From positions 1 through 64,000 of the forward strand of contig JBDREC010000012.1 of the NCBI GenBank assembly GCA_043820105.1: a stretch of 64,000 bases of DNA. The letters run 5' to 3'. The position numbers and the translations under genes are program-made. Below the pieces are notes generated by a model. It had not been told where the DNA came from and ran no database searches. It saw nothing but the letters and a program-made list of their open reading frames with translations. Shown here piece by piece: positions 39,335 through 47,451 of this stretch. This DNA comes from Pseudomonadota bacterium (GTDB lineage: Bacteria; Bdellovibrionota_F; JAHFAK01; JBDREC01). Numbering within the stretch: position 1 is the stretch's first letter; each line of letters begins with the position of its first letter.

Positions 39335-39365
39335 ACCTTTTAACGTGTCCCTGCCCTTGACCCAA

Positions 39366-39461
39366 ATTAATTGTTAATTATTGATTATTAATTATTTTCC
39401 CAACCCCCGTTTTTTCAATTTTCATCAATCAACAATCAATTCTCAATTTTCAATAATTTTT
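39366..39461 (+). repeat. Direct repeat A, copy 1 (copy 2 at 40477-40572)
   Basis: 96 bp with 2 mismatches by manual alignment; looser third copy at about 43012-43135. Confidence 0.9.
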
Positions 39462-39520
39462 ATTCGATTCAAGCCCACAAATTATGGGACAGAGCGAACC
39501 TTTCCATTAAGAATTGAAAA

Positions 39521-39582
39521 TTGATTGTTGATTATTTTAATAACACCCACAAGCACTCAGTCTTCTCTACTCAATATTATCC
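39521..39582 (+). repeat. Direct repeat C, copy 1 (copy 2 at 41536-41597); includes a duplicate of the methyltransferase gene 3' end
   Basis: 62 bp with 4 mismatches by manual alignment. Confidence 0.9.
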
Positions 39583-39620
39583 ATTTGCTCTGTCTATGAC
39601 TTCTATGACTTAGTAATTTT

Positions 39621-39989
39621 CTATGCAGCGTTAAGATCAATCATAATTTCATCAAAATCAACAATTGGAATTTTCACATCTCTTCCATTAATAGTTTTTT
39701 TCTTTATTTCAATTACTCCAATTTCCTCAAAAAAGAGTATGATTTTATTTAGATTTGAAACATCCATCCCAATCAATTTAGCAAGTTCATAAACTGATTT
39801 TGGCTTTAAATTTCGTATATCTGAAAGAATGAAAATATTACGGGCGAATTTCTCAAAACTTTTTCTATTATCAAAAGAAATCTCATAATGTGGTTCGCGA
39901 ATTTTGCTTTTTTTTGCTTTTTTATATGCTTTTCTAAAATCATCTACTACTTCAGAGGAGCTTTTTAATGATATTATTAATTTTTTCAA
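39621..39989 (-). CDS. HTH-type putative antitoxin (HVO_A0114-like)
   Basis: PKSVYELAKLIGMDVSNL...GVIE...GRDVKIP; overlaps the upstream gene by 4 bp. Confidence 0.75.
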   Translation of the reverse strand: MKKLIISLKSSSEVVDDFRKAYKKAKKSKIREPHYEISFDNRKSFEKFARNIFILSDIRNLKPKSVYELAKLIGMDVSNLNKIILFFEEIGVIEIKKKTINGRDVKIPIVDFDEIMIDLNAA

Positions 39990-40276
39990 ATTTTGACTCC
40001 TAAATTTTCAAAAACAATTATTTTAAAATCGTTAAATAACTTATCACTATTTTTAAAATTATATCTTATCTCATTTTTTCCAATATGTATATGGTGTCCC
40101 TTAGGATGATGATTATCCATTAATATTTTCATCTTCGTTTTCTTATCAAAACAAATCAGACTGTACTTCAAACCATCAGGATATTTTTTGCTTTTCCCAA
40201 CATCATGTAACACTAATTCAATAATATACCTACTTTTTAGTTCAGCTTTATGCTTATATACCATTTTTGCTTTCAT
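39986..40276 (-). CDS. DUF6516/TumE-like putative toxin
   Basis: YPDGLKYSL...MDNHHPKGHHIH. Confidence 0.75.
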   Translation of the reverse strand: MKAKMVYKHKAELKSRYIIELVLHDVGKSKKYPDGLKYSLICFDKKTKMKILMDNHHPKGHHIHIGKNEIRYNFKNSDKLFNDFKIIVFENLGVKI

Positions 40277-40401
40277 TGATATTGGTTGTATTATACCACT
40301 ATTAGTTTTTCAAGTAAATAATTTTATTTTATTCTATAAACTTAATTAATTATGGTTGAAAGAGAACAAGAGCGCAGGGGAACGAGATCGCAAGTGAACA
40401 A

Positions 40402-40500
40402 GGGAACAAGAGAACAAGGATAAAGGTAATTTGGATTAAAACTTGCCTGTTACCGTGTTTTTTCCCTGCATTAATTATTAATTGTTAATTATTGATTATT
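40402..40500 (+). repeat. Direct repeat B, copy 1 (copy 2 at about 41445-41544)
   Basis: Shared core tttggattaaaacttgccYgtWacMgtgttttttccctgcattaattattaattgttaatt. Confidence 0.9.
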
Positions 40501-40636
40501 AATTATTTTCCCAACCCCAGTTTTTTCAATTTTCATCAATCAACAATCAATTCTCAATTTTCAATGATTTTTTGGAGCTTTGAGCATGCAAAATTAATAG
40601 CTTGATTCACTAAAAATAATATATTAGTTACAATTC

Positions 40637-41179
40637 ATGAATGAAGAACTTAAAACCCTTGAAATTGTTTGCCAAAAATTAGAAAACTTAGGTATAGATT
40701 ATTATCTATCTGGATCAATGGCTGCTAATAATTATACTGTTCCTAGAATGACAAGAGATATTGATATTGTTATAGAATTAACTTTAAAAGACATTGACCG
40801 CTTTTTTTTAGCTTTTAAAGATGAATTTTATATTGATAAACAAATGGTTTTTGAAGCTGTAAAAAATGAGCATATGTTTAATGTTATCTACAATGAATAT
40901 GTGTTGAAAATTGATTTTATAATTAGAAAAAATACCGAATTCCAAAACTCTTGTCTTAAAAGAAGAAAAAAAATTAAAATTGATGGATTTCATGTTTACA
41001 TTATTACATGTGAAGATCTAATAATTTCAAAACTGCTTTGGGCTAAAGATACATTATCTGAAATGCAAATTAAGGATGTAAACAACCTTCTTACAACCTC
41101 TGAAATAGATAACAAATATTTAGAAGCCTGGATTTTAAAACTAGCCTTGCATGATATTTATAAAAGAGTGAAAAAATGA
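40637..41179 (+). CDS. Nucleotidyltransferase-fold protein (putative TA component)
   Basis: YYLSGSMAANNY..PRMTRDIDIV, KIDF, EDLIISKL.W..SEMQIKDV. Confidence 0.85.
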   Translation: MNEELKTLEIVCQKLENLGIDYYLSGSMAANNYTVPRMTRDIDIVIELTLKDIDRFFLAFKDEFYIDKQMVFEAVKNEHMFNVIYNEYVLKIDFIIRKNTEFQNSCLKRRKKIKIDGFHVYIITCEDLIISKLLWAKDTLSEMQIKDVNNLLTTSEIDNKYLEAWILKLALHDIYKRVKK

Positions 41180-41427
41180 ATGATACTCATCCTGATATTG
41201 AGAAAATTTATAAAGATAAATTAATGAATAAAACAGGAACCGAGCGGATATTAATGGGATTATCTATGAACTCTGCTGCGAGAAAAATAGCAGAAAATTC
41301 TATTCTTTTATCTAATCCGGGCATTTCTAAAAGGGAACTAAAAGCCCTAATTTTTTCAAGAATATATATTAATGATTTCAAAAAAGATCAATTTGATAAA
41401 GTAATGTGCTATTTAAGAAAAGTTTAA
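41176..41427 (+). CDS. Small partner protein of the nucleotidyltransferase
   Basis: ATGA overlap with the upstream gene; MNDTHPDI...TGTERILMGLSM. Confidence 0.75.
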   Translation: MNDTHPDIEKIYKDKLMNKTGTERILMGLSMNSAARKIAENSILLSNPGISKRELKALIFSRIYINDFKKDQFDKVMCYLRKV

Positions 41428-41571
41428 AGGGAACAAGATCGCAGGGGAACAAGATAACAAGGACAAAGGGAATTTTGGATTAAAACTTGCCCGTAACAGT
41501 GTTTTTTCCCTGCATTAATTATTAATTGTTAATTGTTGATTATTGATTATTTTAAAAACACCCACAAGCAC

Positions 41572-42786
41572 TCAATCCTCTCTACTCAATATTATCCCCC
41601 CTTGCTCAGCCGTACTAACCAGCTTCACCTCAAATCCAAGCTTCCTAGCTGTATCAATATGAATCTTCAAAAGCTTAAACAAACTTTCATCTGTTGTAAA
41701 AAGCTGTTTTTCCTCTTCCTTTTTAGCGGTATTATCAATGAGCACTTCCCCTGTTGATCTGTCTCTAAACGCAAAAACTGGATCACTTTTTTTATCGCCT
41801 TCCCAGCCAATCCCTTCTCCTGGATTTCGCCGTGTTAAAATGACGATTTGCCCATTTTCACTTAAAACCCTATCCATTTCCAGAAGCTGTTTTTCAATAA
41901 TAAATTCATTATTTTCTCTTCTCAACCAAGGAAGGTTTCTTGAAACAATTAGATCAACACTATTATCTATAAAAGGTAAACTTGCTGCCATTGCTGTAAA
42001 GCCACCAGTTTCTGTTAATTGACCGTCAATAAAAGTGCAGCCAGGGCAAGCTGGAGAATTGCCTTGACCAATTTCAATTGTTATATATTCATTTTCACTT
42101 TCTGAATTTAGTATTACATCTAGTTCTTCCTCCTGAGCCTTTTCAATATCTTCAAATCTATTTATAGGTTCACTAAGATCAAATTCAGGCATACTATTTT
42201 TTTTATGGTTTGTGCTTCTATTTCCATTATACAATCTCAAACCATGAAACTCGACACCATTAACTGACTGAATAAATTTAAAACCTACTTCTTCAGCTAT
42301 ATCAACAATCATGCTCATTGCATTTACTCCATTACCACTACCTCTTTTTAAAATAAAAATTTCATCTTCAGTTACTCGCTTCCATTCACTTAAAACCTCC
42401 TTAATTTCTGATCTTTGGGAGAATCTTGAAAAGTCAAAATCAATGCTTATTAAAGTGTAAATCCTTGCATTTCCAAAGGGAATATTATTTGGCCTTGAAA
42501 TCATGCCTCCGTTAAGGTTTTCTCTGCCTTGTGTAAAAATATAGCCCATTCTTTTAAAAGCAGGTTCATTTTCCCCATCAACTATTTCAACCCAATTATG
42601 AGCTACCTTTTCCCAATCAAGAATCCTTTGCTTAATTGAATTATCATATATTTTTTCATAGCTTATTTGGGAATAGCTTTTAGATCCTTCAAAAAGATCA
42701 AGGCAATTAGGAAAAGTTGCTTGTGCAAAAAAAAGAATATAAGTAATCACAATTATATACATTATTAAATTCTTTTTCAATTTCAT
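41572..42786 (-). CDS. Exported protein with tandem class I SAM-methyltransferase-like domains
   Basis: ATG at 42786 after GGAG; signal peptide; IEIGQG, LPFIDNSVDLIVS, LLEMDRVLSENGQIVI; degenerate first copy IPFGNA...LSEWKRVTED. Confidence 0.7.
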   Translation of the reverse strand: MKLKKNLIMYIIVITYILFFAQATFPNCLDLFEGSKSYSQISYEKIYDNSIKQRILDWEKVAHNWVEIVDGENEPAFKRMGYIFTQGRENLNGGMISRPNNIPFGNARIYTLISIDFDFSRFSQRSEIKEVLSEWKRVTEDEIFILKRGSGNGVNAMSMIVDIAEEVGFKFIQSVNGVEFHGLRLYNGNRSTNHKKNSMPEFDLSEPINRFEDIEKAQEEELDVILNSESENEYITIEIGQGNSPACPGCTFIDGQLTETGGFTAMAASLPFIDNSVDLIVSRNLPWLRRENNEFIIEKQLLEMDRVLSENGQIVILTRRNPGEGIGWEGDKKSDPVFAFRDRSTGEVLIDNTAKKEEEKQLFTTDESLFKLLKIHIDTARKLGFEVKLVSTAEQGGIILSRED

Positions 42787-42842
42787 CACTGCTCCGTAGA
42801 AATGGCTTTTTTTTAATTCATCCAATATTCGTTTTGGACAAT

Positions 42843-42858
42843 TGCAAGATGCAAGCCA
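42843..42858 (-). promoter_or_regulatory. sigma54 promoter for the exported methyltransferase
   Basis: Minus strand TGGCTT-GCATC-TTGCA. Confidence 0.65.
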
Positions 42859-43126
42859 AAGCGAGCTCTGAATATTACACTAACATATCATAAACTTATA
42901 TATTCTTATTATATTCAATTAACAAAAACCTGTGCAATTTCTGCCAAATATTATTTTAAATTTTGGATTTTGAATTTTGGATTTTAAAAAATTTGCGTCC
43001 TCTTGTCCTTCATTAATTATTAATTGTTGATTATTGATTATTGATTATTTTCCCTACTCAAGTGAAATACCTCACAGCTTTAGAATTCTCAACAATCAAC
43101 ATTCAATTCTCAATCTTCAATGATTT

Positions 43127-43540
43127 TTATTCGACTATTTTGGTTGAAATGCCTATTCGATTCAAACCTAGAACCTTAGCCATATCCATAACTCTGACCA
43201 CTATTCCATGCGAAACTCTTCGGTCTGCTTCAATAACAATTACCTTGTTTTTGCTTTCTATAGAGGTCTGTTTTAATAAAGCTGCTAGCTCATTTCTATC
43301 CATCACTTTATTATTTTTTTTATTAATATATTTTCCATCAAGAGTGATTATGATATGAAGAGCTTCGTCTTTTGCAATTCCCTTGGCAGAAGCTGCTTTT
43401 GGCAGGTCTATATTTAACAAATTAGGTTTTTCAAAGGTTGTTGTTATCATAAGAAAGATTAAAAGGGTAAAAACAACATCCACAAGTGGTGTAATGTCGA
43501 TTCGAAAGTGTCTTCTCTGTCTAATGCTTGTGAATTTCAT
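43127..43540 (-). CDS. exbD: ExbD/TolR family protein
   Basis: DITPLVDVVFTLLIFLMIT, IDLPKA, ADRRVSHG. Confidence 0.93.
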   Translation of the reverse strand: MKFTSIRQRRHFRIDITPLVDVVFTLLIFLMITTTFEKPNLLNIDLPKAASAKGIAKDEALHIIITLDGKYINKKNNKVMDRNELAALLKQTSIESKNKVIVIEADRRVSHGIVVRVMDMAKVLGLNRIGISTKIVE

Positions 43541-43543
43541 TAA

Positions 43544-44149
43544 TTATTTGTCTTTCTTAAACTTATCAACTATTCGCAGAGAAACCTCTTCTAAATTACT
43601 AACTAAGCCATCTATTCTGCCTTCCAGGTATCTAGCGAATAAAAAGGTTGGAATAGCAACAGAAAGGCCAGCAACAGTTGTTATTAAGGCTGAATAAATA
43701 CCACCAGATATAACTTTAATATTACCAGAACCAGTTGCTTCAATCCTGGAAAACACTTCAATCATTCCTAGTACTGTGCCCAAAAGCCCAATTAATGGGG
43801 CGACTCCAGCTATTGCATTTAAAATATTTAAAAATCTTTCAAGCCGCATTGCTTCGCGCCTGCCTGATCCTTCTACTCTTTCTTTTATCATATCTCTTGA
43901 TGAAGTTTGCACTTCAAATCCAGCAGTTAAAACACGTGCTATTGCGGATTCATTGCTTGTACATAAAGTATGCGCTTCAGAAATTTTATTTTCATCCACC
44001 AAATTTTCAACTTGAGAAATAAATTTATTAGGAAGCACATTAGATAGCCTCAAAGTCCAAATTCGCTCTAGCAATATTGCAATAGAAGCAATTGAACAAA
44101 TAAGAATGGGCCACATTAAATAACCACCCTTTAATATGAATTCATACAT
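43544..44149 (-). CDS. exbB: MotA/TolQ/ExbB proton channel
   Basis: APLIGLLGTVLGMI, GGIYSALITTVAGLSVAIP. Confidence 0.93.
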   Translation of the reverse strand: MYEFILKGGYLMWPILICSIASIAILLERIWTLRLSNVLPNKFISQVENLVDENKISEAHTLCTSNESAIARVLTAGFEVQTSSRDMIKERVEGSGRREAMRLERFLNILNAIAGVAPLIGLLGTVLGMIEVFSRIEATGSGNIKVISGGIYSALITTVAGLSVAIPTFLFARYLEGRIDGLVSNLEEVSLRIVDKFKKDK

Positions 44150-44242
44150 CTGATTTCCTTATGATTAAGTTCGCAATGATAATAATTCCAGGAAGACAAA
44201 AGTCAATATATACGTAAATAGGTTGTGGGTGTCGAAGCCCGT

Positions 44243-46510
44243 TCAATAAAATGAATACGGATCTACATCAAGCCTAAGGTCAATTGAATTCTTGTTTGCT
44301 ATGTTTTGAATTTTTTCTAGATTGGCGTTTATGAAATCGTCAAACTTTTTTCTGTCATATATTTTTAATAGAATTTGATATCTGAATTTATTGTTTATTT
44401 TGAATATTGGTGACTGGCTTGGACCGAAGACTTGCATAAAGTCTTCGTTTATTGTCTTTTCTCTTAAGATTTCCGCAATTTTTCCTGACATATATTCTAC
44501 ATCGTTCTCTGCTTTGGAAGATAGTTTTAATAATACAAGTCTTACAAATGGTGGAAAGTGGATTTGGCTTCTCAGGGCTTCTTCTTGCTGATAGAAACTG
44601 TGATAATCTTGTTTGCTTGCGCAAGTTATACTGTAGTGTTCAGGATTATATGTTTGAATGAAAACCTTTCCTGGAAATTTGTCTCGGCCTGATCTTCCAG
44701 CAACTTGTGTTATAAGTTGAAAAGTTCTTTCAGGGGCTCTAAAATCAGGGATACCTAAAGATATGTCAGCAGCCACAATTCCAATTAAAGAAACCTTTGG
44801 AAAATCAAGACCCTTGGTTATCATTTGAGTACCAATGACAATGTCTATTTCATCAGCTAGCATATTTTTGTAAAATTCTTCATAGTGATTTCTGCTAGTT
44901 ACTGTATCTGAATCCATTCTTTTAATTCTGGCTTTAGGAAAGGCAAGCCTCACCTCTTCTTCCACCTTTTGAGTTCCAAGACCCAATTCAATTAATGAGT
45001 TTTTGGAGCATTCATAACAATATTGATCATGAATTTTTTCATAGGTACAATAATGACAAATCAGTTTATTTGCACTTTCATGATAGGTCAGTGAAATAGA
45101 GCAATTCGGACATTTTGTAATTTCACCACAGAGGCTACACAGAACAACAGAAGCATAGCCTCTTCTATTAATAAAAAGTATGGTTTGTAAACCTTTTTGC
45201 AGATTATCATATATGGCTTCTTTTAATTCCTCTGCTAAAATCTTTCTTTCACCAAATTCCTTGCCCTCTTCTTTCATATCAATAATTTTAACTTCAGGCA
45301 TGGCAAGGTCTTTAACTCTTTTAGGAAGATTTAAAAGATGATATTTTTCATGTTTTGCATTGAAATAACTTTCAATTATTGGTGTTGCTGAACCTAAAAT
45401 AACAGTTGAATTTGTGAACTTTGCTCTAACAATAGCTATATCTCTTGCATTATAGGTAAACTCAGTGTCCTGCTTATAACTTGTCTCATGTTCTTCATCA
45501 ATAGCAATTATTCCCAGGTTTTTTATTTGAAGAAAAATTGCACTTCTTGCTCCAACTGCTACTTTGACTTCTCCTGTTTTTATGCGATTCAACTCAACAG
45601 TTCTTAACTTCTTTGAAAGAGCTGAATGAAAAACAGCAATTTTATCTCCAAATCTTGTCTTTAAAATTCTTTGCATTTGTGGAGTTAAAGATATTTCAGG
45701 CAGCAAAAAGATAGCCCCCATATCTTTTGAAATCGCGTATTCAATTGATCTTAAATAAACTTCTGTTTTGCCACTTCCAGTTACACCATGTAACAAGAAA
45801 ACCTTGAATTCATTTTCTTTGATGTTTTTTAATATTTCTTTTACTGATATATCTTGGTCATTATTTAAAATTGGGATATCTTGAGCATTAACTTTATAAG
45901 GCGCCTGAGTTTCCTGAATCACCCTTTTTGCTTTACTTATATTATAAAAAATTGAAACAAGCTTTTCCTTTAAAAGATATCTTATTGCTTTTTGATATTC
46001 TTTAGTAATTATGCCTTGCTTTAATTTTTTTTCTGGCAGTTCCTTGTTTTTTTTAAGCCTTGCATGAATTCGGAATAAAGCATTTTTATTTAACTTATCA
46101 AAACAGATATCATAACTTGTTTCATTAAGTTTAAAGACCTTGTTTATTTCAGGCATAATTTCTGAAAAACAGGCTGTTTTTATTACATATTGCAGATCCG
46201 TTTTATAATAATCAGCTATCCAGCGTAGCCACTTAAAATAGTCAGCTGAAATTATTTCCTCTGTTAAAACAAATTCAATATCTTTTACAAGTTTTAAGTT
46301 TGTTTCGGATTCAAATCCAACAATAAATCCATAGGCAAGTCTATATTGAAGAGGTACTATAACATTGCTTCCAATTTGAATGCTTTCCTGGTATTGCTTA
46401 GGAATTCTGTAAAGCAGATATGCAAGAGTTGAATCAAGAACTGTAACATAAGCATAGGAATACTGCATTTTATTCTTAACTTTTTTTTCTTTAATTTTTT
46501 CGCCTGTCAT
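44243..46510 (-). CDS. priA: Primosomal protein N'
   Basis: GVTGSGKTEVY, DEEHETSYKQ, CxxC zinc motifs, QVAGRSGR; exact start uncertain. Confidence 0.96.
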   Translation of the reverse strand: MTGEKIKEKKVKNKMQYSYAYVTVLDSTLAYLLYRIPKQYQESIQIGSNVIVPLQYRLAYGFIVGFESETNLKLVKDIEFVLTEEIISADYFKWLRWIADYYKTDLQYVIKTACFSEIMPEINKVFKLNETSYDICFDKLNKNALFRIHARLKKNKELPEKKLKQGIITKEYQKAIRYLLKEKLVSIFYNISKAKRVIQETQAPYKVNAQDIPILNNDQDISVKEILKNIKENEFKVFLLHGVTGSGKTEVYLRSIEYAISKDMGAIFLLPEISLTPQMQRILKTRFGDKIAVFHSALSKKLRTVELNRIKTGEVKVAVGARSAIFLQIKNLGIIAIDEEHETSYKQDTEFTYNARDIAIVRAKFTNSTVILGSATPIIESYFNAKHEKYHLLNLPKRVKDLAMPEVKIIDMKEEGKEFGERKILAEELKEAIYDNLQKGLQTILFINRRGYASVVLCSLCGEITKCPNCSISLTYHESANKLICHYCTYEKIHDQYCYECSKNSLIELGLGTQKVEEEVRLAFPKARIKRMDSDTVTSRNHYEEFYKNMLADEIDIVIGTQMITKGLDFPKVSLIGIVAADISLGIPDFRAPERTFQLITQVAGRSGRDKFPGKVFIQTYNPEHYSITCASKQDYHSFYQQEEALRSQIHFPPFVRLVLLKLSSKAENDVEYMSGKIAEILREKTINEDFMQVFGPSQSPIFKINNKFRYQILLKIYDRKKFDDFINANLEKIQNIANKNSIDLRLDVDPYSFY

Positions 46511-46533
46511 CAGTATTTCAGTAGCTTCAATAT

Positions 46534-47310
46534 TTAATTAATAAAACGAAAGCGCTTATAATAGTCTTCTATGGTTTGATAAAATAGTTTTTCAGTTGAT
46601 ATGGGTAGGTCCTGAGCCAGATCATTAATAACACAATTATTATTCAGGTCATTTTTTTTATGTGATAAATATATTCTTTCTTCTTTTATTTTATCATTAA
46701 CATAAAATTTGATATTCTTTGGTATAAAGCCAAGGTCCTTTATTTTAGCATAATCAGCGAATACAATTTTAAAACTATATCCTTTTTCCGATGATATTTT
46801 AAATTCTAATGGATAAAAACCATCCTTTTTTAATAAAAGTGTCGGTTTTGTCTTTTGATTCTCACCATGACCAATAAGATAAGCGAAATCTTTGCCAGCT
46901 TGAGCTAAGGTTTGTTTTTCCAGAGAAAATCCGAGGCTAATAAGATTATTTTTTAAGGTTTCTACATTCCTTGATGAAAATATAAGTTCAGGCAAATAAT
47001 AATAGCTCATATTACTTATTTCCATTTTGTCATTCACCAAGGACCGTATCATAATGCTCTTATTGCAAAAGCTATCCTTGAATGCTGAAATTATCCAAAA
47101 TTGTTCATCACTATCGAAAGTTACAATATATTCGCCATCCCTGAGTAAATGCTCTTCGTCAAGATTGGCTTTAACAGTATAATTAATAATTACATTTTGC
47201 TTTATTTCCAATTTAGAAATCATCTTTTCAAAACAAAAATCGAGTTTTGGAATATAGGCAAAAATACTGAAGCTAAATAAAAACATAATAAATAAAGCTA
47301 CCTTTTTCAC
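46534..47310 (-). CDS. Exported hypothetical protein (possible LolA-like beta fold)
   Basis: GTG at 47310 after AGGAG; signal peptide ending SIFA; FADYAKIKDLGFIPKNI. Confidence 0.6.
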   Translation of the reverse strand: MKKVALFIMFLFSFSIFAYIPKLDFCFEKMISKLEIKQNVIINYTVKANLDEEHLLRDGEYIVTFDSDEQFWIISAFKDSFCNKSIMIRSLVNDKMEISNMSYYYLPELIFSSRNVETLKNNLISLGFSLEKQTLAQAGKDFAYLIGHGENQKTKPTLLLKKDGFYPLEFKISSEKGYSFKIVFADYAKIKDLGFIPKNIKFYVNDKIKEERIYLSHKKNDLNNNCVINDLAQDLPISTEKLFYQTIEDYYKRFRFIN

Positions 47311-47451
47311 AGAAAAACTCCTTTTAAAACCCTTGTTATAAAAATAATATTTCATTAAATTGTTACATCATTATATTAAAGTGGTCAAGTTCAACCAAAG
47401 AAAGTATTTTTTACTTTGCATTTTTTGTTACTTTTATTTAATTCTTATTTT

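Noticed and set aside
39335-41600. Integron attC sites between the TA pairs
   Set aside because: No RYYYAAC...GTTRRRY-bounded palindromes seen, no integron integrase, and modules lie on both strands
42931-42948. Second sigma54-like motif TGGCAG-AAA-TTGCA
   Set aside because: Spacing two bases too short
43041-44022. Plus-strand ORFs over exbD/exbB (and similar short antisense ORFs across the window)
   Set aside because: Shadow frames of well-supported genes, with no motifs or RBS
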